Shown: positions 9,058-19,400, counted from the first letter of the stretch. The stretch is 64,000 nucleotides of DNA from Candidatus Woesearchaeota archaeon CG10_big_fil_rev_8_21_14_0_10_44_13 (GCA_002762985.1 PCXZ01000034.1:8431-72430); one strand, 5' to 3'. Notes: a model not told the origin generated them from the letters alone. A program made the numbers and translations.

Positions 9058-9066
9058 ATCAAGACC

Positions 9067-10077
9067 TCATGAGCTCAAAAAAAATCTTAGTTTATGGCTG
9101 CTGTAATAACTCTCGCAAAGGGCATAGTTCTCTACGCAGGATTTATTGCATTCAACCAATCTTTTTTCGAACATGCCCTTATAGGTTTGGTAGTAATTTT
9201 TATCAATGCCCTTAATGTTGACGCCTAAAGACTTCGTTTCAGGGCATAAGGATATCTCACCACCCAAACCTACAGAGAAGAAATGCCTGCCTGCCCCGCA
9301 TCTCCAATTATATCTACCGCGTATAAACTCTTTCATATGTTCATAACAGTGTATAGGTTCGAATATGGGATAACCTTCTTTTTTCTTTTTTATTAAAGTA
9401 TCAAAAAGTAAATCTAATTCTTTTAATTGTTTTTTATTGAATACTGTATTTTTGCTATAAGATATGAATTTAGATGGGGGCTGTGTCACCAAACAGGTGG
9501 TTATTATTATGCCTTTACCAGTTATACGCTCAAGGAGAGGGATTACCTCGCGGGTGTTTAATCCAGTAAGAACAATATTTACTGCGATGAACAGGCCTTT
9601 TTTCATGGAAGCATATTCTAAGTCCTCAATAAGGCAAGGATTATCAGATAGCGTTTTCTTGGACTGTCTTGCTCTGTTTATGCCGTCTAAGGAGACCACC
9701 ATTGAATTCATGCCTGCATCTGCAAGCTTATCGATCAGCTCTTTTGATAATAAGGTGCCGTTTGTGTCCATTACTACAAACATATTTTGTTTATTGCAAT
9801 ATCTGGTCAATTCTACAATGTCCTTCCTTAAGGTAGGCTCTCCACCCATAAAATAAACCATATTGCAGCCTATCTCCTTTATCTTATCAATCCTCTCTTT
9901 TAAATCATTTAATGGGGGGTCCTTACTATTCTTTTTTATGAAACAATAAGAGCAGTCCAAGTTGCAGTTTCTTGTGACAAACAGACCTACGAACATTGGG
10001 GAAGGTCGGTTGAATAAGAATCTATTCAATGCAGGGATAATATTCGATTTGATAAATAATAATTTTTGTTTTTTCAT
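9067..10077 (-). CDS. radical SAM enzyme with a C-terminal SPASM/twitch Cys-rich domain (peptide/cofactor-maturase type)
   Basis: CxxxCxxC (CNLDCSYC) near the N-terminus and a GGEP motif. C-terminal cysteines (CGAGRH..., SLCPE, CNKSCVENYALC) are as expected for SPASM. Confidence 0.75.
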   Translation of the reverse strand: MKKQKLLFIKSNIIPALNRFLFNRPSPMFVGLFVTRNCNLDCSYCFIKKNSKDPPLNDLKERIDKIKEIGCNMVYFMGGEPTLRKDIVELTRYCNKQNMFVVMDTNGTLLSKELIDKLADAGMNSMVVSLDGINRARQSKKTLSDNPCLIEDLEYASMKKGLFIAVNIVLTGLNTREVIPLLERITGKGIIITTCLVTQPPSKFISYSKNTVFNKKQLKELDLLFDTLIKKKKEGYPIFEPIHCYEHMKEFIRGRYNWRCGAGRHFFSVGLGGEISLCPETKSLGVNIKGIDKNYYQTYKGMFEKRLVECNKSCVENYALCESYYSSHKLRFFLSS

Positions 10078-10088
10078 TTTATATGCCC

Positions 10089-11162
10089 TTAAAATGGTTT
10101 TCTGATCAGATCATAAATCTTGTTTGGAAGAATCATATTCAAAAAGAAATGAAAACCGTTAAACTCTTCAAAGGTTTTATTTTTTAAGCAATTTGAACAT
10201 ACTAAATCAGAAGTGATATCTTTTCGTTTGAATATCATCCTTCTTGCAGTTAAGTAGTTTGGACCGTTCCAAACACTAAAAAAACTTTGGTTAGAGATAT
10301 TACCGAAAGTGTGGTTATCCCCATATATCAAACAACAAGGGAATACGCCCCCATCAAAATTAATTGCCGATGAGACGTTCAGGTATTTACAGTTTTTTGG
10401 ATTTTTCAAATAAAGTTTGTATTCCTTATTAGAAGGGAACCAATCGCGATACTTCTTTAATTTAGTAGTATTATCTTCAAAAACCCCCTTACCCAGATCA
10501 GATCTTACTCTGGATAATAATAGCTTATCAAAACCTAGGCGAATATATTGTTTTTTGATGGTGTCAACTTCGTGCTCATTATATTTATTCACTATAAACT
10601 GGCAGATTATCTTAGGTCGTTTAATGCCATACCTAGTTTTGTAATAGTTTATTAAGCGTACATTCTTTAATACTTTGTTTAAATCGCCACCAATCCTATA
10701 TTTTTGATAAGTCTCCTGAGTCAAACCATCTAACGAAACTATGAGGTACCATAATCCGGATCTTACTAATTGTTTGCATGAGTTTCTGTCTAAAGTAGTC
10801 AGATTAGAGCTCGTTATAGGTATAACTAATTTTTTTCTGCTTAATTTGATAAATCTGAATAAATCCTTATTCAAGAAAGGTTCACCCCAGTTGTATAAGA
10901 ATAAGAATAAAGAATAATCCCCTATTTCACCCATTACCCTTTTGAATAAACTATATTTCAGGAATCCGCGTTTCATCCCCCTATCGCCCTGTCCGGTGGG
11001 GCATAAAGGGCACTTTAAATTACAAACATTCCCTGGGTCCATAAAAATATATAACGGATAAGCATTGACATATTCTTTATTAAATGAATGATAATAGGCT
11101 ATATTAATAGCATTCCAGAGTTTCTTATAAAAAACTTTTTTGAAGATAATTGTTGGTTTCAT
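10089..11162 (-). CDS. radical SAM enzyme with a C-terminal SPASM-like domain (second copy)
   Basis: CNLKCPLC (CxxxCxxC) and a GEP motif. C-terminal CCLIYGD...CSNC cysteines. Confidence 0.7.
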   Translation of the reverse strand: MKPTIIFKKVFYKKLWNAINIAYYHSFNKEYVNAYPLYIFMDPGNVCNLKCPLCPTGQGDRGMKRGFLKYSLFKRVMGEIGDYSLFLFLYNWGEPFLNKDLFRFIKLSRKKLVIPITSSNLTTLDRNSCKQLVRSGLWYLIVSLDGLTQETYQKYRIGGDLNKVLKNVRLINYYKTRYGIKRPKIICQFIVNKYNEHEVDTIKKQYIRLGFDKLLLSRVRSDLGKGVFEDNTTKLKKYRDWFPSNKEYKLYLKNPKNCKYLNVSSAINFDGGVFPCCLIYGDNHTFGNISNQSFFSVWNGPNYLTARRMIFKRKDITSDLVCSNCLKNKTFEEFNGFHFFLNMILPNKIYDLIRKPF

Positions 11163-11166
11163 TCGA

Positions 11167-12105
11167 TCAGCCTGAAAAGTTCAATTTTTGTCCTAACCCC
11201 TTAGACCCAATTGATTTTAATAGATAAAAAAATGATTTGAATCTCGAATTATTATTTTCTTGACTATTTATCATCTTAAATGATGCTGATATAATTAAAT
11301 AAAAAAATAAAATAATTAACCATACAAAGTATAATAACAATAAGAATAGGAATTTAAAAGATAAATGTTTCTTTAAGAAAATGTATAGGCTATTATTAAA
11401 ATTATATATGACGAATGGGGAAAGGGAATGTTTTATTGTTCCCCCCCATTTATGCAATATCTTTACATTATCAGCCCTCTTTGTTTTAAAGCCTTTGAGC
11501 CTCGCTCTTTTCCCATAATCAAAATCGTCAAAATAAAAGAGTCTTTCATCAAAATAACCAATTTCTTTTGCTTTATTATTATCAATCATCATTGCACACC
11601 CATCAACCATAGAATTCCATTTCGCCAGTTTTAAGGAATTTATGATTTTTAATAACCAAAAGCTCTCAAAGATTTTTTTATCTTGGTTATCCAGTAAATA
11701 TGAAGTTGGAAAGACTATTGCTGTGCTTTTATCATTATTAAAATAGTTTAAAATAAGGTGTAACATATTTCTATCAGTTATTATGGTATCCACATTCAAG
11801 AAAAAGGTATAATCAAACCCTTTGTTTATTGAATATTTCAACCCGTTATTATTTGCTTTTTGTAACCCTCTATTTTTTTTATTTTTCATAACTATCAGGC
11901 CATATCCCTTTGCGTAATCTAAAGTTTTATCCGAAGAAGCATTATCAATCAATAAAACTTTATAATTATTATACTCTAATTTAAATAAAGAAGATAAACA
12001 ACTTTTTATATACTTTTCACTATCCCAGCTTACAATTACAAATAAGATTTTTGGGTCATAACTATGTTTTTTTATTTTAAATGTCATTTTAGCCATCAAT
12101 ACCAC
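11167..12105 (-). CDS. family 2 glycosyltransferase
   Basis: N-terminal GT-A fold signatures (VIVSWDSEKY, LLIDNASSD, DxD-like NVDTI) and a C-terminal TM helix. It overlaps the upstream B12-rSAM gene by 10 nt. Confidence 0.7.
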   Translation of the reverse strand: MVLMAKMTFKIKKHSYDPKILFVIVSWDSEKYIKSCLSSLFKLEYNNYKVLLIDNASSDKTLDYAKGYGLIVMKNKKNRGLQKANNNGLKYSINKGFDYTFFLNVDTIITDRNMLHLILNYFNNDKSTAIVFPTSYLLDNQDKKIFESFWLLKIINSLKLAKWNSMVDGCAMMIDNNKAKEIGYFDERLFYFDDFDYGKRARLKGFKTKRADNVKILHKWGGTIKHSLSPFVIYNFNNSLYIFLKKHLSFKFLFLLLLYFVWLIILFFYLIISASFKMINSQENNNSRFKSFFYLLKSIGSKGLGQKLNFSG

Positions 12106-13616
12106 CCCGGCTTCGTGTTGTAATTGACCTTCCTTCCAAGCAAAGATTCGCTCAGCATCCCCCTGATGAACCTGAAAGACATCTTGGCCTTGTGCCCTGA
12201 CATCGAGCTGACGGCATTCTTCCTCCTTGAAGAACCGAGATTCAACCCTGCAAACTGCTCTTTCCTTGTCCTTATCCTAAGCTCATTGAGCATCATGTAA
12301 AACATCAATTGATTCCTTGACAGGTATTTCGACCTTGCGACAGGATTTATGAAATTATAGTACTTGAAATCCTTTATCTCTATAAGGTTTTTCTTCTCAA
12401 GCTCATCAAAATACCTTGTGCCTGGGTTCGGCGTCAAAGGCAATGGAACGCCGGTGTCAAAAGGTATCCCATTCAGCAGATCATAGAACCTTTTCAATGA
12501 CTGCCTTGTCTCATTAGGCAGCCCGTAAAGATATGTCGCTACAGAATAGACCTCAGGATATCTCCTGACTATCTCGAAAGCCTTTTTTATCGTGTCATAT
12601 GAATAGCCTTCCTTGTCAAGATACCTCAGGTCATCATTGTCTGTCCTCTCCACACCTATCATCACCTGCTTCAATCCGGCTTTGACCTGTTTCCCAAAAA
12701 TGCCTTTCTGCTCATCCCTGACTATGAAATCAGCCCTGAGCCATACTGAATGATCAATGTCCAGGCCGGTCTTTATCATCTCTTCAGCGAATTCCCTGTT
12801 CCATCTCGGATTCACGTTCCATGTGGGGTCAACCCAGCAGAAGGTCTTCCTGTTGAATTTCTCATGTAAATATGCAACCTCCTCAACTGTCCTTTTTACG
12901 GATTTGGTCCTGTAATGGGGCCTAACTTTCCCTGTTTTCATATCGAGCTGGCCCATCTGCTTCCATAGTATGCAGAAGTTACAGCTGCATGTGCAGCCCC
13001 TGCTGTGTTCAACAGCTACAAAATTCCTATGGTTCCTGCTCTTGCCGCCATAAGCGCCCATATCCAAAAGATCATATGCTGGCATAGGCAGGCTGTCAAG
13101 ATTTTTTATCAGGGGCCTTAACGATGTTTCAATCACTTTCCCTTTATCCTTGTATGCGATGCCATTTATCCTGCTCAAATCCTGCTTCGACCTGTCTTTT
13201 TTCAGTTCCCTGACAAGCTCAAGAAGTGTCTCTTCGCCCTCAAACCTCACAACAAAATCTATCTGGTGGTTATTGAGGGAATCGTTGGCCATGTATGTGA
13301 AATAAGTCCCTCCGGCGATCACAATAAGCTCTGGAAACATTGATCTGGCGATATTGACAAGCTTAAAAGCCTCGTTCACAGAGACAGTCTCTTCGCCAAT
13401 ACAAAGTACATCCGGCTTCTCCCTTTTCAATGCTTCTGGGACGCTTTTCCAGCCGATCTTCAGGGCAGGAAAGTCTATTATGCCAATTTTTATATCATCA
13501 ATATTCTCCCTGAGAACCGCGGCCATTGATGCGAAAGCCAGGGGCTGCCAAAAAGAGCTGTTTTCAGAATGGAACGGCCACATATACCTGGGCGGCCTGA
13601 CAAATAGTATCTTCAT
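12096..13616 (-). CDS. B12-binding (class B) radical SAM enzyme
   Basis: The N-terminal Rossmann-like cobalamin-binding domain (KILFVRPP...VLCIGEETVS...IAGG) is followed by the radical SAM core with CxxxCxxC (CTCSCNFC). 506 aa. Confidence 0.8.
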   Translation of the reverse strand: MKILFVRPPRYMWPFHSENSSFWQPLAFASMAAVLRENIDDIKIGIIDFPALKIGWKSVPEALKREKPDVLCIGEETVSVNEAFKLVNIARSMFPELIVIAGGTYFTYMANDSLNNHQIDFVVRFEGEETLLELVRELKKDRSKQDLSRINGIAYKDKGKVIETSLRPLIKNLDSLPMPAYDLLDMGAYGGKSRNHRNFVAVEHSRGCTCSCNFCILWKQMGQLDMKTGKVRPHYRTKSVKRTVEEVAYLHEKFNRKTFCWVDPTWNVNPRWNREFAEEMIKTGLDIDHSVWLRADFIVRDEQKGIFGKQVKAGLKQVMIGVERTDNDDLRYLDKEGYSYDTIKKAFEIVRRYPEVYSVATYLYGLPNETRQSLKRFYDLLNGIPFDTGVPLPLTPNPGTRYFDELEKKNLIEIKDFKYYNFINPVARSKYLSRNQLMFYMMLNELRIRTRKEQFAGLNLGSSRRKNAVSSMSGHKAKMSFRFIRGMLSESLLGRKVNYNTKPGWY

Positions 13617-13672
13617 TGCGCTATAACCCCCATTATCCTTTTTTTAGTATGATATTATCCTGAATTTAAAAT

Positions 13673-14152
13673 TCATTTCCTCAATACCTTATTTATATTC
13701 TTAAAAAACGTGTATGCATTATCGAGCGATTCTTTTGCGGGTTCTTTGTTGGCTTGGGGCAGTTTCTGATAAGTAAACTCTCCCCTTTTCCCTTTCTCTC
13801 TTGAAAAAATACCTAAAAGCTCTTCTGCCCTTATTATCATTTTTTTGTAGATTTTCAACAATTCAACATCAAGTTTGCCTGTCTTGACCAGATACATCTC
13901 AAAAGCACCAATAGTCTTCCTGTGGACTTCAGGAGACCCCGTTTTTATATCCCCCTCCATCAATATCGCCTTGGCAGAGTTAAATATGCAATAATAAGAA
14001 TTGCTTATCACCAAGCTGTAAAAAGTAAAGTTTTTCTCCAGCTTAAACTGCTCTTTCTGCAGTTTTGGATTATTTGAGATGTCAAAAAGTATCTGGGCTG
14101 CTGCAAGCTCATTTTCTGCCCTTTGTAGATATAACTCCGCTTCATCTTTCAT
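13673..14152 (-). CDS. HEPN-domain protein (toxin-like partner of the upstream nucleotidyltransferase)
   Basis: The N-terminus YLQRAENELAAAQILFDIS is HEPN-like. The gene lies 1 nt downstream of an MNT-type nucleotidyltransferase gene on the same strand. Confidence 0.55.
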   Translation of the reverse strand: MKDEAELYLQRAENELAAAQILFDISNNPKLQKEQFKLEKNFTFYSLVISNSYYCIFNSAKAILMEGDIKTGSPEVHRKTIGAFEMYLVKTGKLDVELLKIYKKMIIRAEELLGIFSREKGKRGEFTYQKLPQANKEPAKESLDNAYTFFKNINKVLRK

Positions 14153-14153
14153 T

Positions 14154-14759
14154 CTATTTTCCTCTTATCAGATTAAGATATTCAATAAATCCATAATAGA
14201 CGATATTGTTTTTGTATATCTGTTTTCCCAGATTTTCATAATCAACTTTCAGCATTTCCAAGAATTCATCTCTTGTCATGATATGATAGTCTATACGCAG
14301 AATCTCTCTTCTTTTTATTGTCTCCAGATAAGGGGATACTTCTTTTTTTGTCTTTTCTGATTCGACAATGATTGCTATATCCAGATCTGATTTCTCTTTT
14401 GCCTTGCCCTTGACATGGCTGCCGAATACGATTAAAATGAAAAATTCAGTATACCCCGATACCTTTGCCTGTATGCGCTTTAGCACATCCACCGGCATCT
14501 TGTTTTTGCTTATCTCCAGCTCATTTACAAGGTTTAAGTAGGATAATGTCAGGTTATTGTCCAAATTCAAAAAATAGGTCGTCACATCCCCTGTCTCTTT
14601 TGTCTTTATCAGGCCCTGCTTTTTGAATTCCTTTAACGCAATCTGGATCAGGTTGTTTGATTTCTGCCTAAGCTGCTCTTTTATCTGCCTGAAGGTGAGC
14701 CCTATAGATATGTCTCTTTTAAAACAGCCTATGATTTTTATCTGCTCTTTTGTCAGCAT
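14154..14759 (-). CDS. minimal nucleotidyltransferase (MNT) protein with an N-terminal winged-helix region; HEPN/MNT pair
   Basis: FILIVFGSHVKGKAKEKSDLDIAIIV is the GS-x(n)-D-x-D polymerase-beta-type NTase motif. It is adjacent to the HEPN gene. Confidence 0.65.
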   Translation of the reverse strand: MLTKEQIKIIGCFKRDISIGLTFRQIKEQLRQKSNNLIQIALKEFKKQGLIKTKETGDVTTYFLNLDNNLTLSYLNLVNELEISKNKMPVDVLKRIQAKVSGYTEFFILIVFGSHVKGKAKEKSDLDIAIIVESEKTKKEVSPYLETIKRREILRIDYHIMTRDEFLEMLKVDYENLGKQIYKNNIVYYGFIEYLNLIRGK

Positions 14760-14766
14760 TTTAGTT

Positions 14767-14804
14767 TACCTATTTTTTGGTAATTCACTACCTATTTTTT
14801 GGTA
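14767..14804. promoter_or_regulatory. perfect 16-nt direct repeat tacctattttttggta x2 (6-nt spacer) in the promoter region of the MNT/HEPN operon
   Basis: Repeats at 14767-14782 and 14789-14804. Each unit has palindromic ends (TACC...GGTA) around an A/T core and lies 8-45 nt upstream of the minus-strand ATG at 14759. Confidence 0.4.
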
Positions 14805-14829
14805 TTATAAAAAGTTTATGGTTTTTAAC

Positions 14830-15678
14830 TCAATTCCTCCTATCAACGACAAACCTCGCGATCTCCCCCAATATCTCGGCTTTCCCTTCAAAGACAGACA
14901 AGGCTTTGATAGCATCCCACATATAATTCTTCATCATCTCCCTTGATTTCTCAGCTCCGTAATGCGTGACAAAGGTATTCTTCTTCTCATCCTTCTGCGT
15001 GTCCTTGCCCAATTCCTCAGGAGTGCTCTCGATATCCAGCAGATCGTCCTTTATCTGGAATACCAATCCGAGATTCTCTGCGTACCTGAGCAAGGCCTTG
15101 GCCTCCTTTTCAGGGGCTTTCGCCTTTATGCACGCTGCCTTAACGGCTCCGATGAACAAAGCGCCTGTCTTATGCTCGTGGATGTATTTCAGGGTCTCAA
15201 AATCGATCTTCTTGTTCATGGTCTCAAGGTCCACTGTCTGGCCGCCGGCAACTCCCTGCGAACCCAGGCAGGACGAGATCTCATGCGCCACATCGATATC
15301 ATCAACGATCTCTATCGCCCTCAGGATGAGGCTTATCGCGGCAAGATCAGCGATATCCTCCCCAAAGACCTTATGGCAGCACGGCTTTCCCCTTCTTATC
15401 GTCGCATCATCCATGCATGGCAGGTCATCAAGTATCAATAAAGCAGTGTGTGTCATCTCCAAAGCGCAGGCAGTGGCCATCATATCTTCCTTATCGACAC
15501 CGAAAAGCTCTGCGACTGCCAATGCTATTATGGGCCTTATCCTCTTGCCGCCTGCAAATATAGAATGCCTCATCGCCTTATGCAATGACTGGGGGTAAGC
15601 GCTTTCAGGAGGCAGGAACCTATTCAATGACTTCTCTACCAATTCCTTCCTCTCTTTGAGATAGCTCTGCAATTCCAT
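14830..15678 (-). CDS. trans-polyprenyl diphosphate synthase (GGPP synthase-type)
   Basis: First Asp-rich motif LILDDLPCMDDATIRRGKP and second Asp-rich motif FQIKDDLLD; 282 aa. Confidence 0.85.
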   Translation of the reverse strand: MELQSYLKERKELVEKSLNRFLPPESAYPQSLHKAMRHSIFAGGKRIRPIIALAVAELFGVDKEDMMATACALEMTHTALLILDDLPCMDDATIRRGKPCCHKVFGEDIADLAAISLILRAIEIVDDIDVAHEISSCLGSQGVAGGQTVDLETMNKKIDFETLKYIHEHKTGALFIGAVKAACIKAKAPEKEAKALLRYAENLGLVFQIKDDLLDIESTPEELGKDTQKDEKKNTFVTHYGAEKSREMMKNYMWDAIKALSVFEGKAEILGEIARFVVDRRN

Positions 15679-15754
15679 TCTAACCCCCTGGAAGCTGTAA
15701 AATATGTTTTGTTTTTAAATATTGCTGTGGTTGGGCAAAGGCTATCCGCAAGAT

Positions 15755-15799
15755 TTATATATATCATAAATTATGATAATAATATCACAAAAAGTGATA
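15755..15799. promoter_or_regulatory. TATA box (tttatatatat) followed by two inverted repeats (atcataa-a-ttatgat; tatcac-aaaaa-gtgata) upstream of the gene at 15838
   Basis: Palindromes at 15763-15777 and 15783-15799 sit where the transcription start is expected, ~25 nt after the TATA box. Confidence 0.4.
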
Positions 15800-15837
15800 A
15801 TTTTCATATAAGAATAATTGAAAAAGAGAAAGCAAAA

Positions 15838-16398
15838 ATGCCTCTAAAAGAAGCCACATACAGGGAGAAGATACTTCTTTACCTAGCTAAGAACCCAGGC
15901 AATAATATAACGGGCAATAAGATATCGAATGACCTTGACCTGTTCTATTCCCTTGTCCATAAGACGATAAAAGACCTTGAGAAAGACGGCCTGCTGAAGA
16001 TAGAGAAAGTAGGCAATTACAAGCTCCTGAAGCTGAGCCTTGACAGGCACAGGACACTGCTCGAACTTGCTCTCCTGTCCCACAGGCTGAAAGAAGAGCG
16101 TGAGAAAGAAGGGAAGATTGACAGCAGGATAAACATGTTCTTGGGCAGGATAACAGGCGAGAAGGATGTCCTCTCGATAATACTTTCTGATAAGGATGTT
16201 TTCATCATCTCAAACAATGTGACGATGCACCTTGAGATAATGTCGAAGACAGCAGATATAGGCAAGGAGATCTCCATAATAAAACATGATGAGTTCGGCA
16301 GGATGCTTTCTGACGAGCAATTCGCAGGCAGGATGCTTGACGGAATCGTGCTTCACGGCTATGAAAACTTTTGGAGGATGATAGCTGAAATAAAGTAA
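15838..16398 (+). CDS. hypothetical protein with an N-terminal winged-helix-like region (putative transcriptional regulator)
   Basis: Start taken at MPLKEATYREKILLYLAKNPGNN...KISNDL, a wH-like region. The upstream ORF-track extension crosses the TATA box and is unlikely to be coding. Confidence 0.4.
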   Translation: MPLKEATYREKILLYLAKNPGNNITGNKISNDLDLFYSLVHKTIKDLEKDGLLKIEKVGNYKLLKLSLDRHRTLLELALLSHRLKEEREKEGKIDSRINMFLGRITGEKDVLSIILSDKDVFIISNNVTMHLEIMSKTADIGKEISIIKHDEFGRMLSDEQFAGRMLDGIVLHGYENFWRMIAEIK

Positions 16399-16435
16399 AT
16401 CATAGCCGAATATCAAAAAAAAGAGGTGTAAAGAG

Positions 16436-19400
16436 GTGGATTTAGATATAAGGGGCTTTTGCCCTGGGAAGAGCAAGAAAGCTCAGCTTGCAGCTTTCAT
16501 CATAATAGGGATTCTCGTGCTGGCCATGGCCGGTGCCATACTCTATTTAGTCACTTCTGCGAAAAAGACAGAGGCAGAGCTGATTGTCGAGAAAGGCATG
16601 GAGGTGAGCCTTGACGAGACGAAGATAAGGGAATACATTACCGCGTGCATACAGAAAGAAGGCAGGGGCCTGGTCGACAAGATAGGGCTGCAGGGCGGAA
16701 CACTGAACTTGGACCAGTTCAGGTATTATTTCAATATGAAATATAATTATCATTGTTATGCCCAAGATGGTTTCGTCTGTGTTAACAGGCTTGTGACAAG
16801 GAATTCCATGGCCCAGGAGCTAAATGCAGCATTGAAGAACAGCCTCAAGAAATGCGTGAATTTCGAGAATTTCAGGAAACAGGGATATGATGTGAAAGAG
16901 CAGGACATGGATGTCAAGACAATTGTAGGGGTGGATGATGTTGATTTTGAGGTGATATATCCCATAACAATCTCCAAGGACAACAATGAGGTCATCCTGA
17001 AAGATTTCAGCGAAAAAGTGGATTCAAGGCTCGGCTTGATGTATGACCTGGCTGTAAAAATAGTCTACCATCACTCTATGGGCGGGGAATTTGACGAGGA
17101 CAGATGGATGCTTGAACATGGCCAGATAAGCATCTCCAAACACAAGCCCTATCCTGACATCATCTATTCGCTGAGCATCAGGGATGCTGCAACCAAAAAA
17201 GAGGAATCCTTCAATTTCGCAATCAAGGGCAGATACTCAATCTATGAGATAGGGCAGCCCACAAAAACCCTTGTAAGCAAAGGATATTGCAGGACAAAGG
17301 ACAATAACTGCTATGTCAATGTAGATCAGGGAGACTGCGCAAAATCATTAGGAGAATGGAGCAATGCCCCTTTCCAGGACGCCCAATGCAGAGGCATGGG
17401 CACCATGCCAGAGCCGGAATGCAAAGGCGATGAATGCAAGAATTGCGGGAAAAGGGAGAACGGCGAATCATGGTGCGAATATGAAGGCATTGTGAGCCCC
17501 GGCTTCTCATTGGTCGGGTCGAGGCATTACAAGGGAAGCTGCATAAACGGCAAGATCTATTACACAGAATGCAGGGATTACCGTGAGGAGATATGCCTGG
17601 AGAACACAGACATAGATGTGCCTAAGGCAGTATGCAGGCCTAACAGATGGCAGGACTGCGCAGAGCAGGGGAATGAGGAGGATTGCATGGACAATTCTGC
17701 AAGGGACTGCTGGTGGTCTGGCTGGCTTGAACTCAACAGGCAGGGCAAGTGCCTGCCTTACATCCCCCCTGGATTTGCGCATTGGCAGCAGAACGGCCAG
17801 GAAGTTTGCGCCATGGCGAATGAGCAGTATGACTGCGGCTATTATACCTGCGGCAAATCATGGGTCGATTCGAGCGCAATATACTGCTACAATATGGGTG
17901 ACTGCGGGAATTACAGGAACACAGAAGATGAGATAACAAAACAGGGATTCTTCAATTTCGACAGCACGCCTTCAGATTATGTCTACCTGACAGATGATCA
18001 GCTGAAAACAGAGATGAAGCCAAAGCTTAAGATGGAAGCGGCGTATGCCCCTGTGCTTGACGGAAAAGAGTATGAAAACCCCCATGGAACAATAAACGAA
18101 TTGATCAATAATGAAGTGAGGTATTTTGATGAGGTTTCAAACTGGAGATTCGAGGATTTCAGGACTAATTACCTGCTTACTGGAAAGATTTACATCCATG
18201 TCCTGCAGACAGCATTGTGCATGCCGTGGCAGGCGCCATACAAAGGCGATGACTGCAAGGAATGCGGCAGCCTGAACAGGCCCTGCACAGAATACAAATG
18301 CAGGAGTTTGGGGCAGACATGCACTTATGAGGAAGTCAATGGAATAGGCTTCTGCTATGATTATTCTGAGAAGGATGATATCCCTCCTAAGATTTTCTTT
18401 GATGGTGTTGTGTTCGGTGATGTGAAGATAGAGAGGGATGTTTTCGGAAAAACAGTTGGTTACAAGTTCAGCAAGCCGCTTGAGCCGAACACAATTGTGG
18501 TATTCTCGATAAATGCGACAGAACCTGTGAAATGCAAAGTAACGTCATTGCCGCAGCCTGAATTCGACCAGATACCCCTTCCAGCGCCCGGCACATTCCA
18601 GGATTATTACACTTTTGTTGATATTGTGCCTAAGGCCCCTGATTTCAGGATAGGCCTGATGAAGTCTTTAGGGGTGAATAACTTCCTTGAGCTCGGCACA
18701 TTTGAAACATACGACGATAAGTTCAAAAAGATAATCTATGATGCCAGGAAATTCGTCAAGGAATTCAAAGGGGGCATGAACAAGGAATTTGCAGAGCAGA
18801 ACATACAGAGGCTTGAGAATATGTGGAATGATGACATCGCACCCAACATAAAGAAAGCCTTTGAAAACCTGGGCGATACACTGAGGGATGTGGCAGTGCA
18901 GACAGAGCAGGGCAACAAGCTTGTTTTCTTCAAATGCATAGACAAGGCAGGGAATGAGAACACTGAAGACCTGTTCATAAAATACAGGATAGGGAAGGAT
19001 GAAAGCGCCCCTGTACTGATGGCTGCATTGCCTGTCAACAACACGAACATAAGCAGTTTTGGAAATCTTTCGCTCTATACGAATGAGCCTGCGAACTGCA
19101 GGTTTGCAGGAAGCGACATGCCTTATGACTCCATGCCCTTGAAGACAGAGACAGAATGCACTCTGCCTCTGATGATTGGAGCATTTAAGCTCTATGAATG
19201 CACACCAAGGGATATCAATGCTTCAAGCGACATAAGAACAAACATATATGTCAGGTGCAAGGATAATCCATTAAAAGTCGAAAGGTACATATTCAATCTC
19301 ACGAAAGGCGATGCCCTCATTCATCTTTTCCCTGAAAATGCCATGACAATAGACCTCAGGGAGAATGACAGGATAATAAACCTCACAATGGAGTTCGAAC

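Noticed and set aside
14962-15598. Two + strand ORFs (159 and 210 aa) across the GGPP synthase gene
   Set aside because: They are antisense to a gene with clear DDxxD motifs. Their translations are low-complexity.
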